DNA of 64,000 nucleotides. Origin: an uncultured Planctomycetota bacterium (GTDB taxonomy: Bacteria > Planctomycetota > Planctomycetia > Isosphaerales > Isosphaeraceae). The stretch covers positions 6,176,001 through 6,240,000 of the forward strand of contig CAVTTN010000002.1 in NCBI GenBank assembly GCA_963737655.1. Direction: 5' to 3'. Below, in pieces: positions 53,394 through 64,000 of this stretch (the first letter of the stretch is position 1; the number at the start of each line of letters is the position of its first letter). A model generated the notes under the pieces. That model had not been told where the DNA came from. It did no database searches and saw only the letters and a program-made list of their open reading frames with translations. Position numbers and translations under genes: made by a program.

Positions 53394-53777
53394 ATGCGGG
53401 GTCCGTATGTTGTGGATACCGATGTCGCGATCGATTACCTCCGCGGTCATCCCCAGGCCGGCGCGTTCTTCCGGGGGATTGGCCCATTCTTGATGAGCGT
53501 GGTCACGGTGGCGGAACTCGATGGAGGGGTCCGGGAAGGGCGGGAGCGTGTGGTTCTCGAGGGTTTCTTGAAGGGCGTCACGGTCGTGCCCCTGGATCTG
53601 GTCATCGCGATCCGAGGGGGGTTGATTCGTCGCGATTATCGGAAGAGCCACGGCGTTGGGCTGTCCGATGCCCTGGTCGCCGCGACCGCGGAAACCCTCT
53701 CGGCGACCGTGGTTACCCTGAATCGGAAGCACTTCCCGGCAACCTCGCTCTTGTTGGTTCCCTACACGAAACCTTGA
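53394..53777 (+). CDS. vapC: VapC-family PIN-domain toxin
   Basis: VVDTDVAIDYLRG, SVVTVAEL, DALVAATA, VTLNRKHF. Confidence 0.9.
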   Translation: MRGPYVVDTDVAIDYLRGHPQAGAFFRGIGPFLMSVVTVAELDGGVREGRERVVLEGFLKGVTVVPLDLVIAIRGGLIRRDYRKSHGVGLSDALVAATAETLSATVVTLNRKHFPATSLLLVPYTKP

Positions 53778-53887
53778 CTGATCGAGTTTCGTTTCCTTGA
53801 TGGCGCCCCCCGGCGGCCCCGCAATCGCCGAGGGAATGCCCGTCGGGCCCGGCTTCTCGGCCCTCGCCTCGTGGATGGAATCGCTTC

Positions 53888-54703
53888 ATGGTCACCGAAC
53901 GCATCCGGGCGATGCTGGAGTCTTGCGAGGCGGGGCGGTCTCCGTTCCCCCCGACGGAGCTTTTCAATGAGAACTGGCTGCTTCGGCTGATTTTGGACTG
54001 GTTCGCGACGAGTCGCGAGGAACCCCATCCTCTGGCCCCCCTGGAGGGGGCGTCGTGGTTCTCGGAGGCCCTCTTGCCCTCGGCGTTCTTGCCCCGATAT
54101 CGCGGCGACCGCTTGGCCGAGTCTCGCACCCATGCCGATGGCCTGATCGGTCATCTGAACGTGGGCCGACGCGCCGCCACCGACCTGGCGCTCCGTCCCG
54201 ACGCCCGCCAGTTCGTCGTGGTCGAGGCCAAGATCGCCGGGAGACTCTCGCCGGGGGTCAAGAATGCCCCGAATTTTGACCAGGCGGCGCGAACCGTCGC
54301 GTGCATGGCCGAGGTCCTCCGCCGGGCCGATTGCCCGCCGACGAGCCTCGACCGCCTCGGGTTTGTGGTGACCGCGCCCCGATCGCGGATCGAGGAGGCG
54401 GCGTTCGAGGAGGAATTCTCGGCCAAGTCGATCCGAAGGAAGGTCCAGCATCGGCTGGAAGGGTATGCCGGGACGCTCGACCCTTGGTTCGAGTCGTGGT
54501 TCGATCCGACGTTGAAGCGATTGGACCTGTCGCTGGTCTCGTGGGAAGATCTGATCGAGGACATCGCGATGGACGACATGGCGTCGGGCCAGGTCATCGA
54601 CAGCTTTTATGGGCAATGCTTGAGCTTCAGCCGCAAGAAGCGGGGCGACGCCCCCGAGAGGTGGACCGTCCCGGCGTGGGCCTGCCCGCCGAGCCGGTCG
54701 TGA
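53888..54703 (+). CDS. Hypothetical protein with PD-(D/E)XK-like motif
   Basis: E..THADGLI..FVVVEAK..DQAAR spacing resembles the restriction-endonuclease fold; clean 271-aa ORF. Confidence 0.55.
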   Translation: MVTERIRAMLESCEAGRSPFPPTELFNENWLLRLILDWFATSREEPHPLAPLEGASWFSEALLPSAFLPRYRGDRLAESRTHADGLIGHLNVGRRAATDLALRPDARQFVVVEAKIAGRLSPGVKNAPNFDQAARTVACMAEVLRRADCPPTSLDRLGFVVTAPRSRIEEAAFEEEFSAKSIRRKVQHRLEGYAGTLDPWFESWFDPTLKRLDLSLVSWEDLIEDIAMDDMASGQVIDSFYGQCLSFSRKKRGDAPERWTVPAWACPPSRS

Positions 54704-54740
54704 TTGCGACGTGACGAGGTGAGGTGAGACGGTATCGGAT

Positions 54741-54787
54741 GGTGCATTTCATGCACCCTACACAATGGTGCATTTCATGCACCCTAC
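54741..54787. repeat. Family A REP tandem pair (54741-54761, 54767-54787) upstream of lysA
   Basis: ggtgcatttcatgcaccctac x2. Confidence 0.9.
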
Positions 54788-54796
54788 GAGAGGATC

Positions 54797-56083
54797 ATGG
54801 ACCCCTTCCACTACCGAGACGGCCGATTGTTCTGCGAGGAGACCGCCGTGGCCGACCTGGCCGAGCGGTTCGGCACCCCCCTTTACGTCTACAGCCAGGC
54901 GGCGATCCTGGGGCAGTTGAAGGCCCTCCAGGAGGCGTTCGCCGAGGTCGATCCGCTGGTCTGCTACTCCGTGAAGGCGAACTCGAACCTGGGCATCCTC
55001 AAGGTCATGGCGGCCCACGGCAGCGGGTTCGACGTGGTCTCCGGCGGCGAGCTCTACCGCGTGGGGCTCGCGGGCGGCGACGCCTCGAAGACCGTGTTCG
55101 CCGGCGTCGGCAAGACCGATGGGGAGATCTCCGAGGGTTTGAAGGCCGGCGTCCTGATGTTCAACGTCGAGAGCGAGGCGGAGCTCGAAGCGATCTCGCG
55201 GGTGGCCCTGTCGCTCGGCAAGGTCGCGCCGATCGCCCTCCGGGTGAATCCGGACGTCGATCCGAAGACGCATCGGTACATCTCGACGGGCAAGAAGGAG
55301 TCGAAGTTCGGGATGGACATCGCCCGCTCGCTCGCCCTGGCCTCGGCGATCGTGGGGCGATCCGAGCTGTCGATGATCGGCATGCACATGCACATTGGTT
55401 CGCAGATCACCACGGTCGAGCCCTACGCCGGGGCGGTGGCCAAGGGCGTCGAGATCATCGCGAAGCTGAAGGAGATGGGCCACCCGATCCGGTGGTACAA
55501 CATGGGAGGAGGCTACGGGATCGCCTATCGAGGCCCGGAGGCGAGGCCGGTGGCGGAGTTCGCCCGCGCGATCGTGCCGGGTTTGCGGGCGAGCGGATGC
55601 CGGATGGCGATGGAGCCGGGCCGGGTGATCGCGGGGAACGCGGGCGTGCTGGTCAGTCGTGTGTTATATACGAAGAGGTCGGGCGAGAAGCGGTTCCTGA
55701 TCCAGGACGCCGCGATGAACGACCTGATCCGCCCGGCCCTGTACGAGAGCTTCCACCGGATCTGGCCGGTGGACGTCCCGGACGGCCTGCCCGCACCTCC
55801 CGTCGATTACGAGGCCGAGATCCCCGGGACCGAGCCGTGGGACGTGGTCGGCCCGGTCTGCGAATCGGGGGATTTCCTGGCGAAGGACCGGGCGCTTCCC
55901 GCCCTGGATTCGGGCGACCTGCTGGCGATCTTCTCGGCCGGGGCGTATGGGATGGTCATGGCCTCGAACTACAACACCCGCCCCCGGGCCGCCGAGATCC
56001 TGGTCGAGGGGGCGGAGGCCAGGGTGGTCCGGCGTCGGGAGACTTACGAGGACCTGGTCCGGGCGGAGATGGGCGGAGGGTGA
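54797..56083 (+). CDS. lysA: Diaminopimelate decarboxylase
   Basis: FGTPLYVYS, YSVKANSN, DVVSGGEL, RVNPDV, HIGSQI, EPGR, GPVCESGD, GAYG..SNYN. Confidence 0.97.
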   Translation: MDPFHYRDGRLFCEETAVADLAERFGTPLYVYSQAAILGQLKALQEAFAEVDPLVCYSVKANSNLGILKVMAAHGSGFDVVSGGELYRVGLAGGDASKTVFAGVGKTDGEISEGLKAGVLMFNVESEAELEAISRVALSLGKVAPIALRVNPDVDPKTHRYISTGKKESKFGMDIARSLALASAIVGRSELSMIGMHMHIGSQITTVEPYAGAVAKGVEIIAKLKEMGHPIRWYNMGGGYGIAYRGPEARPVAEFARAIVPGLRASGCRMAMEPGRVIAGNAGVLVSRVLYTKRSGEKRFLIQDAAMNDLIRPALYESFHRIWPVDVPDGLPAPPVDYEAEIPGTEPWDVVGPVCESGDFLAKDRALPALDSGDLLAIFSAGAYGMVMASNYNTRPRAAEILVEGAEARVVRRRETYEDLVRAEMGGG

Positions 56084-56155
56084 GGGACGACGGACCTTGG
56101 TGAGTGGGTGGGACCGCCGATGGGGATGGATGGCGGCCGTCGGCCGCCGCTTGTC

Positions 56156-56202
56156 GGTGCATTTCATGCACCCTACACGACGGTGCATCGCATGCACCCT
56201 AC
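56156..56202. repeat. Family A REP tandem pair (56156-56176, 56182-56202) downstream of lysA
   Basis: ggtgcatttcatgcaccctac and ggtgcatcgcatgcaccctac. Confidence 0.9.
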
Positions 56203-56213
56203 GGGACCTTGAT

Positions 56214-58522
56214 ATGATCGCCTTTGATCGACGCTCGGTTCCGAGGCGGCTGGCGGTCGCCCTGGTCATGGTGGTTGGGGCGTCGTCGGCATTCGGCCAG
56301 AACGCGCCGGGGCCGGAGACGTTCGCCCGGCCTCCGAAGACGCCCCTGGAGTTCTGGGAGGCGGCCGATTACCTCGTCCGCTCGGGCCAGGCGCCCCTGG
56401 CCGCCCCGTATTTGCGGGCCTTCCTCAAGGCGAATCCCGATGACGCGGTCTATCTGACGATCCGGGACCGCTACGGGCCCGGGTCGGTCCTGAACCTCGA
56501 CCGCGACCCGGCCACCGCGCCGATGGCCGCGCCGATCCTCCAGAACATGCAGGCGGCGATCCGCCGCAACGCGACCGACCCGACTCGCCTGGCCCGGTTC
56601 GTCCAGATGCTCACCAAGGGTTCGGCCGAGAGGGATTACGCCGTCGATCGGCTCCGAGAGGCCGGCTCGTTCGCGGTCCCGGCGCTGGTCCAGGCGCTGG
56701 GCGACCCGTCCGTGACGCCGGAATCCCGGGCGGCGATCGTCACGGGGATGGGCCGGCTCGATCGCTCGGCCGTCCCGGGCCTGATCGGCGTCCTGGGTTC
56801 CCCGGATTTGAGGCTCGGCGCCGACGCGGCCGAGGCGTTGGGGAGGATCGGCGACGTCCGGGCGGTGCCGTTCCTGACGTACCCGGCGGCGTGGAAGGAG
56901 GCCTCGGGCCTTCGCGACTCGGCCCGGAAGGCGATCGAGGCGCTGACCGGCAGGCCGTTCGAGTTCCAACCCCAGGCCGCGGTGCGGGTCCTGGCCGATC
57001 AGGCGTGGGATTACCACCGCCACAAGGGGGCGATGGCCGCCGAGCCGACCGAACTCTGGCTCTGGGAAGGCGAGACCCCGCCGACGATGCGGGTCGTCCC
57101 GAAGACGGCGGCCGAATCGATCCTCGGAGGCCGGTTCGCCCGCGAGGCCCTGTCGCTCGACCCGTCCGACCGTTCGGCGCAGGTGGCCCTGGTCAGCCTG
57201 GCCCTGGAAAAGGCCGCCGAACGGGACGGAGTGGGCGTGGTGGCCGAGCGCGACCCCTCGGGCGCGTTCGCCGCGGCCGTGGCCGCGGGGCCCGAGGTGC
57301 TCTCGTCCGTCCTTCGGGCCGCGATGGCCGACGGTCACGGCACCCTGGCCGCCGAGGCGTGCCTGGCGTTGGGGAAGGTCGCCGATCGCGACGCCCGGGG
57401 GACTCCCGAGCGGTTCAGCCCCCTGGTCGAGGCCCTCAGCGACCCCGATCGGCGGGTCCAGTACGCGGCGGCGTCGGCCCTGGTGGACATGAACCCGACC
57501 CGTCCGTTCCCCGGTTCCAGTCGCGTGGTCCCGATGCTCGCCCGGTTCGTGACCAACCGCGCGATCCGGGCCCTGGTCATCGACGGCAACGCGATCCGGG
57601 GGAACACGACGGTCCAGGTCCTCCAGCAGATCGGCTACGATACCACGTTGGCGGAGTCCGGGCCCGAGGCATTCCGCGAGGCCGTGAGCAACGCCGACGT
57701 CGAGCTGATCTTGCTCGAGCCCTCCCAGCTCCAGGGGGCGTGGACCGCCAACGACACGATGACCAACCTCCGGGCCGACGCCCGGACGGCCGGCATCCCG
57801 ATCTTCCTGTACGGCCCCCTGCGGTCTCAGGACCGGATTGACGGGCTGTTGAAGCGATTCCCGAGGGTGGCGTTCGTGGTCAGCCCGGTCGAGCCGAACC
57901 TGTCGAGGGAGCAGATCGGCCGGGGCTCTCGGCGATGGGCACCCGTCCGCTCTCGACCGAGGAGAGGATCGGGTTCGCCCAGGGCGCGGCGGCGATGCTG
58001 GCCCAGGTCGCCTCCCGGCCCAACAGCCCGTTCGCCGGCCAGATCCCGGCGATCGAGCCGTACCTCGCGCAGGCGCTCTCGGCCCCGGCGGCGCCCTATG
58101 CGGTGGCCGCGCTGGGGGACGTTCCGGGCGTCGACGCGCAACGCAGCCTGGCCGATGTCCTGCTCGATGCTTCCCGTCCGCCGGCCCTCCGCCTGGGGGC
58201 GGCCCGGTCCCTGGCCAGGAGCGTCCAGAGGTTCGGCCCGTTGTTGAGCGACCTCCAGGAACGCAAGCTGGTGGCCGACCTGGGCGTGGAGGCCGACCCG
58301 TCGCTCAAGGCGGCGATCGCCTCGGTCATCGGGGCCCTCAAACCCGCTCCTCCGGCCGCCGGCCAGAGGCTCCGGGCTTATCAACCGCCGGCCCGGGCCG
58401 CCGCCTCGGCGACGCCTCCGCCCCCGCCCCCGCCGGCCCAGGCGCCTCCTCCGGCCGGAGGAGACGTCCCCCCCGCCGAAAACGCGCCCGCCCCGGAGGA
58501 GGCCGCCAAGCCCGGATCCTGA
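56214..58522 (+). CDS. HEAT-repeat protein with signal-peptide-like N-terminus, receiver-like domain and Pro-rich tail (1-nt indel at ~57923)
   Basis: LVEALSDPDRRVQYAAASAL; RALVIDGN..IGYDTT..VELILL..DARTAGIPIFL (REC-like); continues in ORF 57935..58522. Confidence 0.7.
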
Positions 58523-58711
58523 ACCCCGCTCACCTCGCTTGCAAGTCGATGGACCGTTCTCGTCCGGATCGTGATTGACCCCCGTCTTCGACGGCTCTCC
58601 CCCGTCGGCGATGCCCCAGCACCCAGGAATCGGTCTTCTTCGACCGGGAGGGGCCGGAACCTCGCCCCGAGTCGTTGCGAGGCCCGGCCCCGGGAAGGAC
58701 GCGCCGAATCG

Positions 58712-59839
58712 ATGGCCAGCCCCTACGACCGGACACCTCCTCCAAGATTCGCCGCCTCGGCCGCCCCGACCGGCCCCGACATGGCCCTCCCCGGGGTGAT
58801 CGGCGCGGGCTCGGCCATGCGCGAGGTCGCCCGGGTGACCCGCAAGGTCGCCCCCAGCCGCGCCTGCGTCCTGATCGTCGGCGAGACCGGCACCGGCAAG
58901 GAGCTGATCGCCCGCGCGATCCACGACCTCAGCCCCCGTCAATCCGGCCCGTATATCCGCGTGAACTGCGGGGCCCTGACCGAAAGCCTCCTGGAGAGCG
59001 AGCTGTTCGGCCACGTCAAGGGGTCGTTCACCGGGGCCGTCGATAACCGCACCGGGCGGTTCGAGGCCGCCCACACCGGCAGCATCTTCCTCGACGAGAT
59101 CAACAGCACCAGCCCGAAGTTCCAGGTCAAGCTCCTGAGGGTCCTTCAGGAGGGGGAGTTCGAGCGAGTCGGCGACACCCGGACGTTCAAGGTCGATACC
59201 CGGTTCATCGCCGCCACCAACCGCGACCTCCTCGACGAGATCGACGCCGGGCGGTTCCGCGAGGATTTGTACTACCGCCTGAACGTCGTGCCGATCTACT
59301 TGCCCCCTCTCCGCGAGCGCCGGGACGACATCCCGTTACTCGTGGCCTTCTTCCTGAAGAAATATGGCGAGCAGAACCGGAGGGACGTGAAGAGCGTCCA
59401 CCGGGAGGCGATGCGCCTCCTGATCGACCACGACTGGCCGGGGAACGTCCGCGAGTTGCAGACGAACATCGAGCAAGCGGTGGTCCTGGGCGACGGCCCC
59501 GAGCTCCTGCCCGAGCACCTGCCTCCGCAGCTCCGGGGCGAGGCCCCGCCCCGGCCGATCCGGGCCCAGAGGGGGGACATGGCCACCCTCTGCGCCGAGC
59601 TCGTCCGCCAGGGGATCGTCGCCGCCGGCCCTCTGGCCGACGACCTTCACGGGCGGATCGTCGGCCAGGTCGAGCGCGAGCTGATCCAGCAGGTCTTGAC
59701 CCAGTGCGACCGGGTCCAGATCAAGGCGGCGGCCCGCCTGGGGATCAACCGGAACACGCTCCACAAGAAGATCAGCGAGTTCAAGATCGAGTCCAACGGC
59801 GAGGCGACCCCGGCCACCCCGTCGGGGGACGAGGAGTAA
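58712..59839 (+). CDS. Sigma-54-dependent AAA+ transcriptional activator with Fis-type HTH and no N-terminal sensor domain
   Basis: GETGTGKELIA, ESELFGHVKGSFTGA, FLDEI, FREDLYYRLNV, WPGNVREL, AARLGINRNTLHKK. Confidence 0.92.
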   Translation: MASPYDRTPPPRFAASAAPTGPDMALPGVIGAGSAMREVARVTRKVAPSRACVLIVGETGTGKELIARAIHDLSPRQSGPYIRVNCGALTESLLESELFGHVKGSFTGAVDNRTGRFEAAHTGSIFLDEINSTSPKFQVKLLRVLQEGEFERVGDTRTFKVDTRFIAATNRDLLDEIDAGRFREDLYYRLNVVPIYLPPLRERRDDIPLLVAFFLKKYGEQNRRDVKSVHREAMRLLIDHDWPGNVRELQTNIEQAVVLGDGPELLPEHLPPQLRGEAPPRPIRAQRGDMATLCAELVRQGIVAAGPLADDLHGRIVGQVERELIQQVLTQCDRVQIKAAARLGINRNTLHKKISEFKIESNGEATPATPSGDEE

Positions 59840-59842
59840 CCC

Positions 59843-60682
59843 TCACCGACCGGCCGCAAGCAGCCCGGAGGCCCATTCGGCGTCCTCGTCCGAGAGCGGA
59901 GGGACCGGAGGCCGGGAGTAATCGACGGCACCTCGGTGGTAGGGGCCTGCGTCGTAAACCATGTCGAAGACGCTCTGCAAATCCAAAAGCATCTCCGGCT
60001 CCGACTCCTTCAGGGGCACGACGATGCAGGGCAGAGGCTCCCGGACTCGGATCGGGAAGGCGATGGAGCCGGGATCGTCGCCCCGTCGCCTCCACGATCG
60101 GCTGACCAGGACGAGGTAATCGGGCCGGGGCGAGAGGACGCGGACCGCCTCTTCCAGATACGCGTCGGGCAGAGGGCGACGCCCCCGACGAACCAGGTCG
60201 ATCTCGACGAGGCTGGCATCGCTCTTCAAGATCTCTCGCTGCTTCTTGCGATAAGCCTGACGCCCCGCGCCAGCCTTCTTGTTCCAGGGGCTGACGATCT
60301 CCATCAGGGTGATCAGCTTGTGCCCCTGGGCCGGGTCGCGGATCTCCAGGTAATAATGACGGACGGCTTCCGTTTCGGGTCGAGGGAACTCGACCCAGGG
60401 GGAGGCGGTCGTCCGGCCCTGGGCCGGGTCGGTCGTCGCGATGGCCGAGGACGGCGAAGCTCGGCCCTGGAGGACCAGGACATCGGGGACGATCGTCTTG
60501 CCGGGGCCGTCGGCCTCGTCGGCGATCCCGACCTCGGTCCGGAGCTCGACCCGGGCGTAATACGGCGACGGGAGCCTGCGATTCAAGGCCCCGCGAAGCG
60601 CCGAGGCCAGGGAGGCGTGGAAATCCGGCCAGGTCCGCGGGTCTTCCAGGTACGGGTCCATCCCCGGGAACGGCGACGGCAT
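59843..60682 (-). CDS. DUF4058 family protein
   Basis: MPSPFPGMDPYLE, WPDFH, VPDVLV, EIVSPWNK, LVEIDLVRRG, VDYSRPPVPPL. Confidence 0.9.
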   Translation of the reverse strand: MPSPFPGMDPYLEDPRTWPDFHASLASALRGALNRRLPSPYYARVELRTEVGIADEADGPGKTIVPDVLVLQGRASPSSAIATTDPAQGRTTASPWVEFPRPETEAVRHYYLEIRDPAQGHKLITLMEIVSPWNKKAGAGRQAYRKKQREILKSDASLVEIDLVRRGRRPLPDAYLEEAVRVLSPRPDYLVLVSRSWRRRGDDPGSIAFPIRVREPLPCIVVPLKESEPEMLLDLQSVFDMVYDAGPYHRGAVDYSRPPVPPLSDEDAEWASGLLAAGR

Positions 60683-60741
60683 GGGTACTTCCTCCGGTCG
60701 TCTTTCCGACGATCTTACCGCGCCCGGCCTCTCCTCGGAAA

Positions 60742-61629
<888 letters not shown>

Positions 61630-61708
61630 GAGAGGGTCAATCAAGGTGGGGGGCGATACCAGCCTGTCCGCTCCAGTGTATCCCGCGGATCGTCGGGGCG
61701 CGGCGGGG

Positions 61709-62761
61709 TCACCGGAACAGCGCCGCCTCGATCGCCAGGCCGGGTCCGAAGGCCATCGCCACGCAGGGGCGGGGGGCGTCCTTTCGCTTCAGGCGGTCGA
61801 GGATGAACAGGATCGTCGGCGAGGACATGTTCCCGCACGAGGCGAGGACCTCTCGGGACTCCTTCAGGGCGTCCGAGGCGAGCCCGAGAGCCTCGTCCAC
61901 GGCGTCCAGGACCCTCGGGCCTCCCGGGTGGACGGCCCACGAGCCGATCTCCTCGATCGTCAGCCCGTGTTTTCCGAGCCAGGAGCCGAGCCAGGGGCGC
62001 AGATGCTCGCCGATCAGGCCGGCGACCCGGGGCGAGAGGGTCATCTCGAAGCCGAGGTCGCCGATCGTCCAGGACATCGCGTCCTCGGTCCCCGGGACGA
62101 GGCACGAGCCGCTCGCCCCGAGCGACCAGCCGCCCCCCGTCCCGGAACCCACGCCGACCAACGCCGCCGAGCCGTCGGAGAACAGGGCGTTGGAGACGGC
62201 GATCTCCGATTCGGTGGCATCGCGGAAATGCAGGCTGCACAACTCGGCCGCGCAGAGGAGGACTCGGGCCGATTCGTCGCTCTCGGCCAGGGCGCGGGCG
62301 ACCCTCAGGCCGTTCAGGGCGCCATGGCAGCCCATGAAGCCGACGTGGGTCCTCTGGACCATGGGCGACAGCCCGAGGTCGCGGATCAGCCCGAGGTCGA
62401 AGCCCGGGGCCGAGAACCCGGTGCAGGAGACCGTCACGAGATGAGAGATCGAGAGCGGATCGGCCCCGGAATACTCCAGCGCGCGGCTCGCGGCCTTCCT
62501 CGCCAGGGGGCGGACGCGCTCGTCATAATGCCTCATCCGCCATCGGGTTGAGGCGGCCATCGCCTGGGCCGGGTCGATGGCCGGGGCGTCGAGGACCGTC
62601 ACGAACCGCTTGCGGATGCCGGTCCGGCGATACAGGGCGGCCAGCCGTCGGCCTTCGGGCTCGGAATGGCCGGCGATCCGGCTGGTCCACGCCGCGGCGT
62701 CGGCCTGGGAGATGGCCGTCTCCGGCAGGGCGGTCCCCAGCCCCTCGATTTGGAAGCTCAT
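61709..62761 (-). CDS. Type III polyketide synthase
   Basis: VSCTG, FMGCHG (Cys), ELCSLH, ALFSDG, VHPGG (His), GNMSS (Asn), AFGPGL. Confidence 0.94.
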   Translation of the reverse strand: MSFQIEGLGTALPETAISQADAAAWTSRIAGHSEPEGRRLAALYRRTGIRKRFVTVLDAPAIDPAQAMAASTRWRMRHYDERVRPLARKAASRALEYSGADPLSISHLVTVSCTGFSAPGFDLGLIRDLGLSPMVQRTHVGFMGCHGALNGLRVARALAESDESARVLLCAAELCSLHFRDATESEIAVSNALFSDGSAALVGVGSGTGGGWSLGASGSCLVPGTEDAMSWTIGDLGFEMTLSPRVAGLIGEHLRPWLGSWLGKHGLTIEEIGSWAVHPGGPRVLDAVDEALGLASDALKESREVLASCGNMSSPTILFILDRLKRKDAPRPCVAMAFGPGLAIEAALFR

Positions 62762-63654
62762 CGGCGGGCCGACTCCTCTCCCGCCAGCGCGAGCGATTCC
62801 GAGGCCTCGATCGGCCGGGTCGCGGTCATCAGGCCGTAGCGCATCGAGCCGGTCTCGTAGGCCATCCAGATCCGGAACAGGGTCAGGGCAAAGATCCGGT
62901 CCGGATTCTCGGGCGAGAGCAGGAACCGTCGATAGGACCGATCTCGGGCCAGGCCCTTGATCGTCCTCCAGGCGCAGAGGGGCCAGGTCTTCTTGACCTG
63001 TTGGCTCAGATCCTCGACGCCCGAGGGTTCCAGCCCCGCCTCTCGGGCCAGTTCGAGGTACTCGTCGGCCGAGCCCATCCCCGGCAGGCGGCCTTCCCGG
63101 CAGATCGGTTCCAGCAAATGGCGGACCTCCCACTTCCGAGGGCGAGGCGTCGCCAGCCAGGCGCAGACCACCAGCCGGCCTCCCGGCTTCAGCACTCGCC
63201 GGGCCTGGGCGAAGAACCCCGCCTTGTCCGCCATGTGCTCCGAGCTCTCGATGGCGATGGCCGCGTCGAACGAGGCGTCGGGCAGGTCGTTGGCGAGCCA
63301 GTCCCCCAGGACATACTCGGGGTTCTCGGCCGACGGATCAACCCCCCGAGCATGATTCAGTTGGACGGGGGAGACCGAAAGGGCCGTGACGGTCGCGCCG
63401 AAGTCCCGGGCCAGGAGCCGGGCGGTTCCCCCGTAGCCGCAACCGATGTCGCAGACCGAGTTCCCCGGGGCGATCCCGGCGCGGTCGGCCACCAGGGCGG
63501 TCAGGGCGCGGACGGCCTCCTCGGGACTCTCCTGGCCGGTGGTCCAGAGGCCGTGGTGGACGTGCTCGCCCCAGATCTCTCGATAGAAGCGGTCGAGCTG
63601 ATCATAATGGGCGGCCACGGCGTCGCGATCGACTTCCGTCCGTGGGACGATCAT
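62758..63654 (-). CDS. Class I SAM-dependent methyltransferase (tocopherol/sterol-MT-like)
   Basis: IWGEHVHHGLW, CDIGCGYGG, IESSEHM, VLKPGG; 4-nt overlap with PKS start. Confidence 0.9.
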   Translation of the reverse strand: MIVPRTEVDRDAVAAHYDQLDRFYREIWGEHVHHGLWTTGQESPEEAVRALTALVADRAGIAPGNSVCDIGCGYGGTARLLARDFGATVTALSVSPVQLNHARGVDPSAENPEYVLGDWLANDLPDASFDAAIAIESSEHMADKAGFFAQARRVLKPGGRLVVCAWLATPRPRKWEVRHLLEPICREGRLPGMGSADEYLELAREAGLEPSGVEDLSQQVKKTWPLCAWRTIKGLARDRSYRRFLLSPENPDRIFALTLFRIWMAYETGSMRYGLMTATRPIEASESLALAGEESARR

Positions 63655-63728
63655 GGATGAGGGGTCTCAACGATTCGGGGGCCGACGACGGCCCGTCGGC
63701 GAAGGCGGGCGGAGGGAGGGGACGTCGG

Positions 63729-63748
63729 GTTCTGTTATATAACGGAAC
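63729..63748. promoter_or_regulatory. AT-rich palindromic operator candidate upstream of the MT-PKS operon
   Basis: gttctgttatataacggaac: 20-bp inverted repeat with one mismatch, 75 bp upstream of the MT start. Confidence 0.45.
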
Positions 63749-64000
63749 GCGGCCGACCGACAGGGCCCGGGAATTCCGGGGCGGCCGATCGGGGCCGGTT
63801 GCGACAATTCCGCCTGTTCCCCCGGCCGGATTTCCGATAAGATATTCGGTGAGATCGACCGAAAGCGTGGGACCGCCCGGGATGCGGGCTTCGAGGGGGA
63901 AGCCGTCCATGGCTAATCGAAGGAGGCGACCGAAGGCGGGACGGATCGGGGTGGACCCCCTGGAAGGGCGCCACCTGCTCAGCGGATTCGGGGCGTCCTG

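Noticed and set aside
54741..56202. REP pairs flanking lysA as a composite transposon or CRISPR
   Set aside because: Units are 21 bp with 5-nt gaps, belong to a dispersed family, and no transposase is present; lysA is a core gene.
63909..64000. Possible CDS start MANRRRRPK running off the window
   Set aside because: Only about 30 codons visible with no recognisable motif; insufficient support.

Overview
High-GC bacterial chromosomal segment, most likely from a Planctomycete (Isosphaeraceae-like). Support: DUF1549/DUF1553 plus DUF1501 pair, TIGR03067-type, DUF4058 and Uma2 proteins, and several Hanks kinases. All family calls are from motif recognition, not database searches. About 45 CDS; no rRNA, tRNA, CRISPR or transposase recognised. 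The standout is a translationally coupled operon at <1-12506: BRCT-containing helical protein, ~2100-aa WD40/HEAT protein, SWIM Zn-finger protein with a WGR-like tail, and a myxobacterial Mx162-like retron reverse transcriptase. It resembles the predicted type XIII retron architecture, but there is no room for msr-msd next to the RT. The rest is housekeeping and accessory genes (gdh-kdgK-pepP-ate, clpX, rtcA, sodC, argH, GH5, vapBC, lysA, sigma-54 activator, orphan DNA MTase, type III PKS plus methyltransferase). At least five families of palindromic intergenic repeats occur, including GTAG-type REPs that supply gene stop codons. About 10 single-base indels, mostly in short C/G runs, split genes and are probably sequencing errors.
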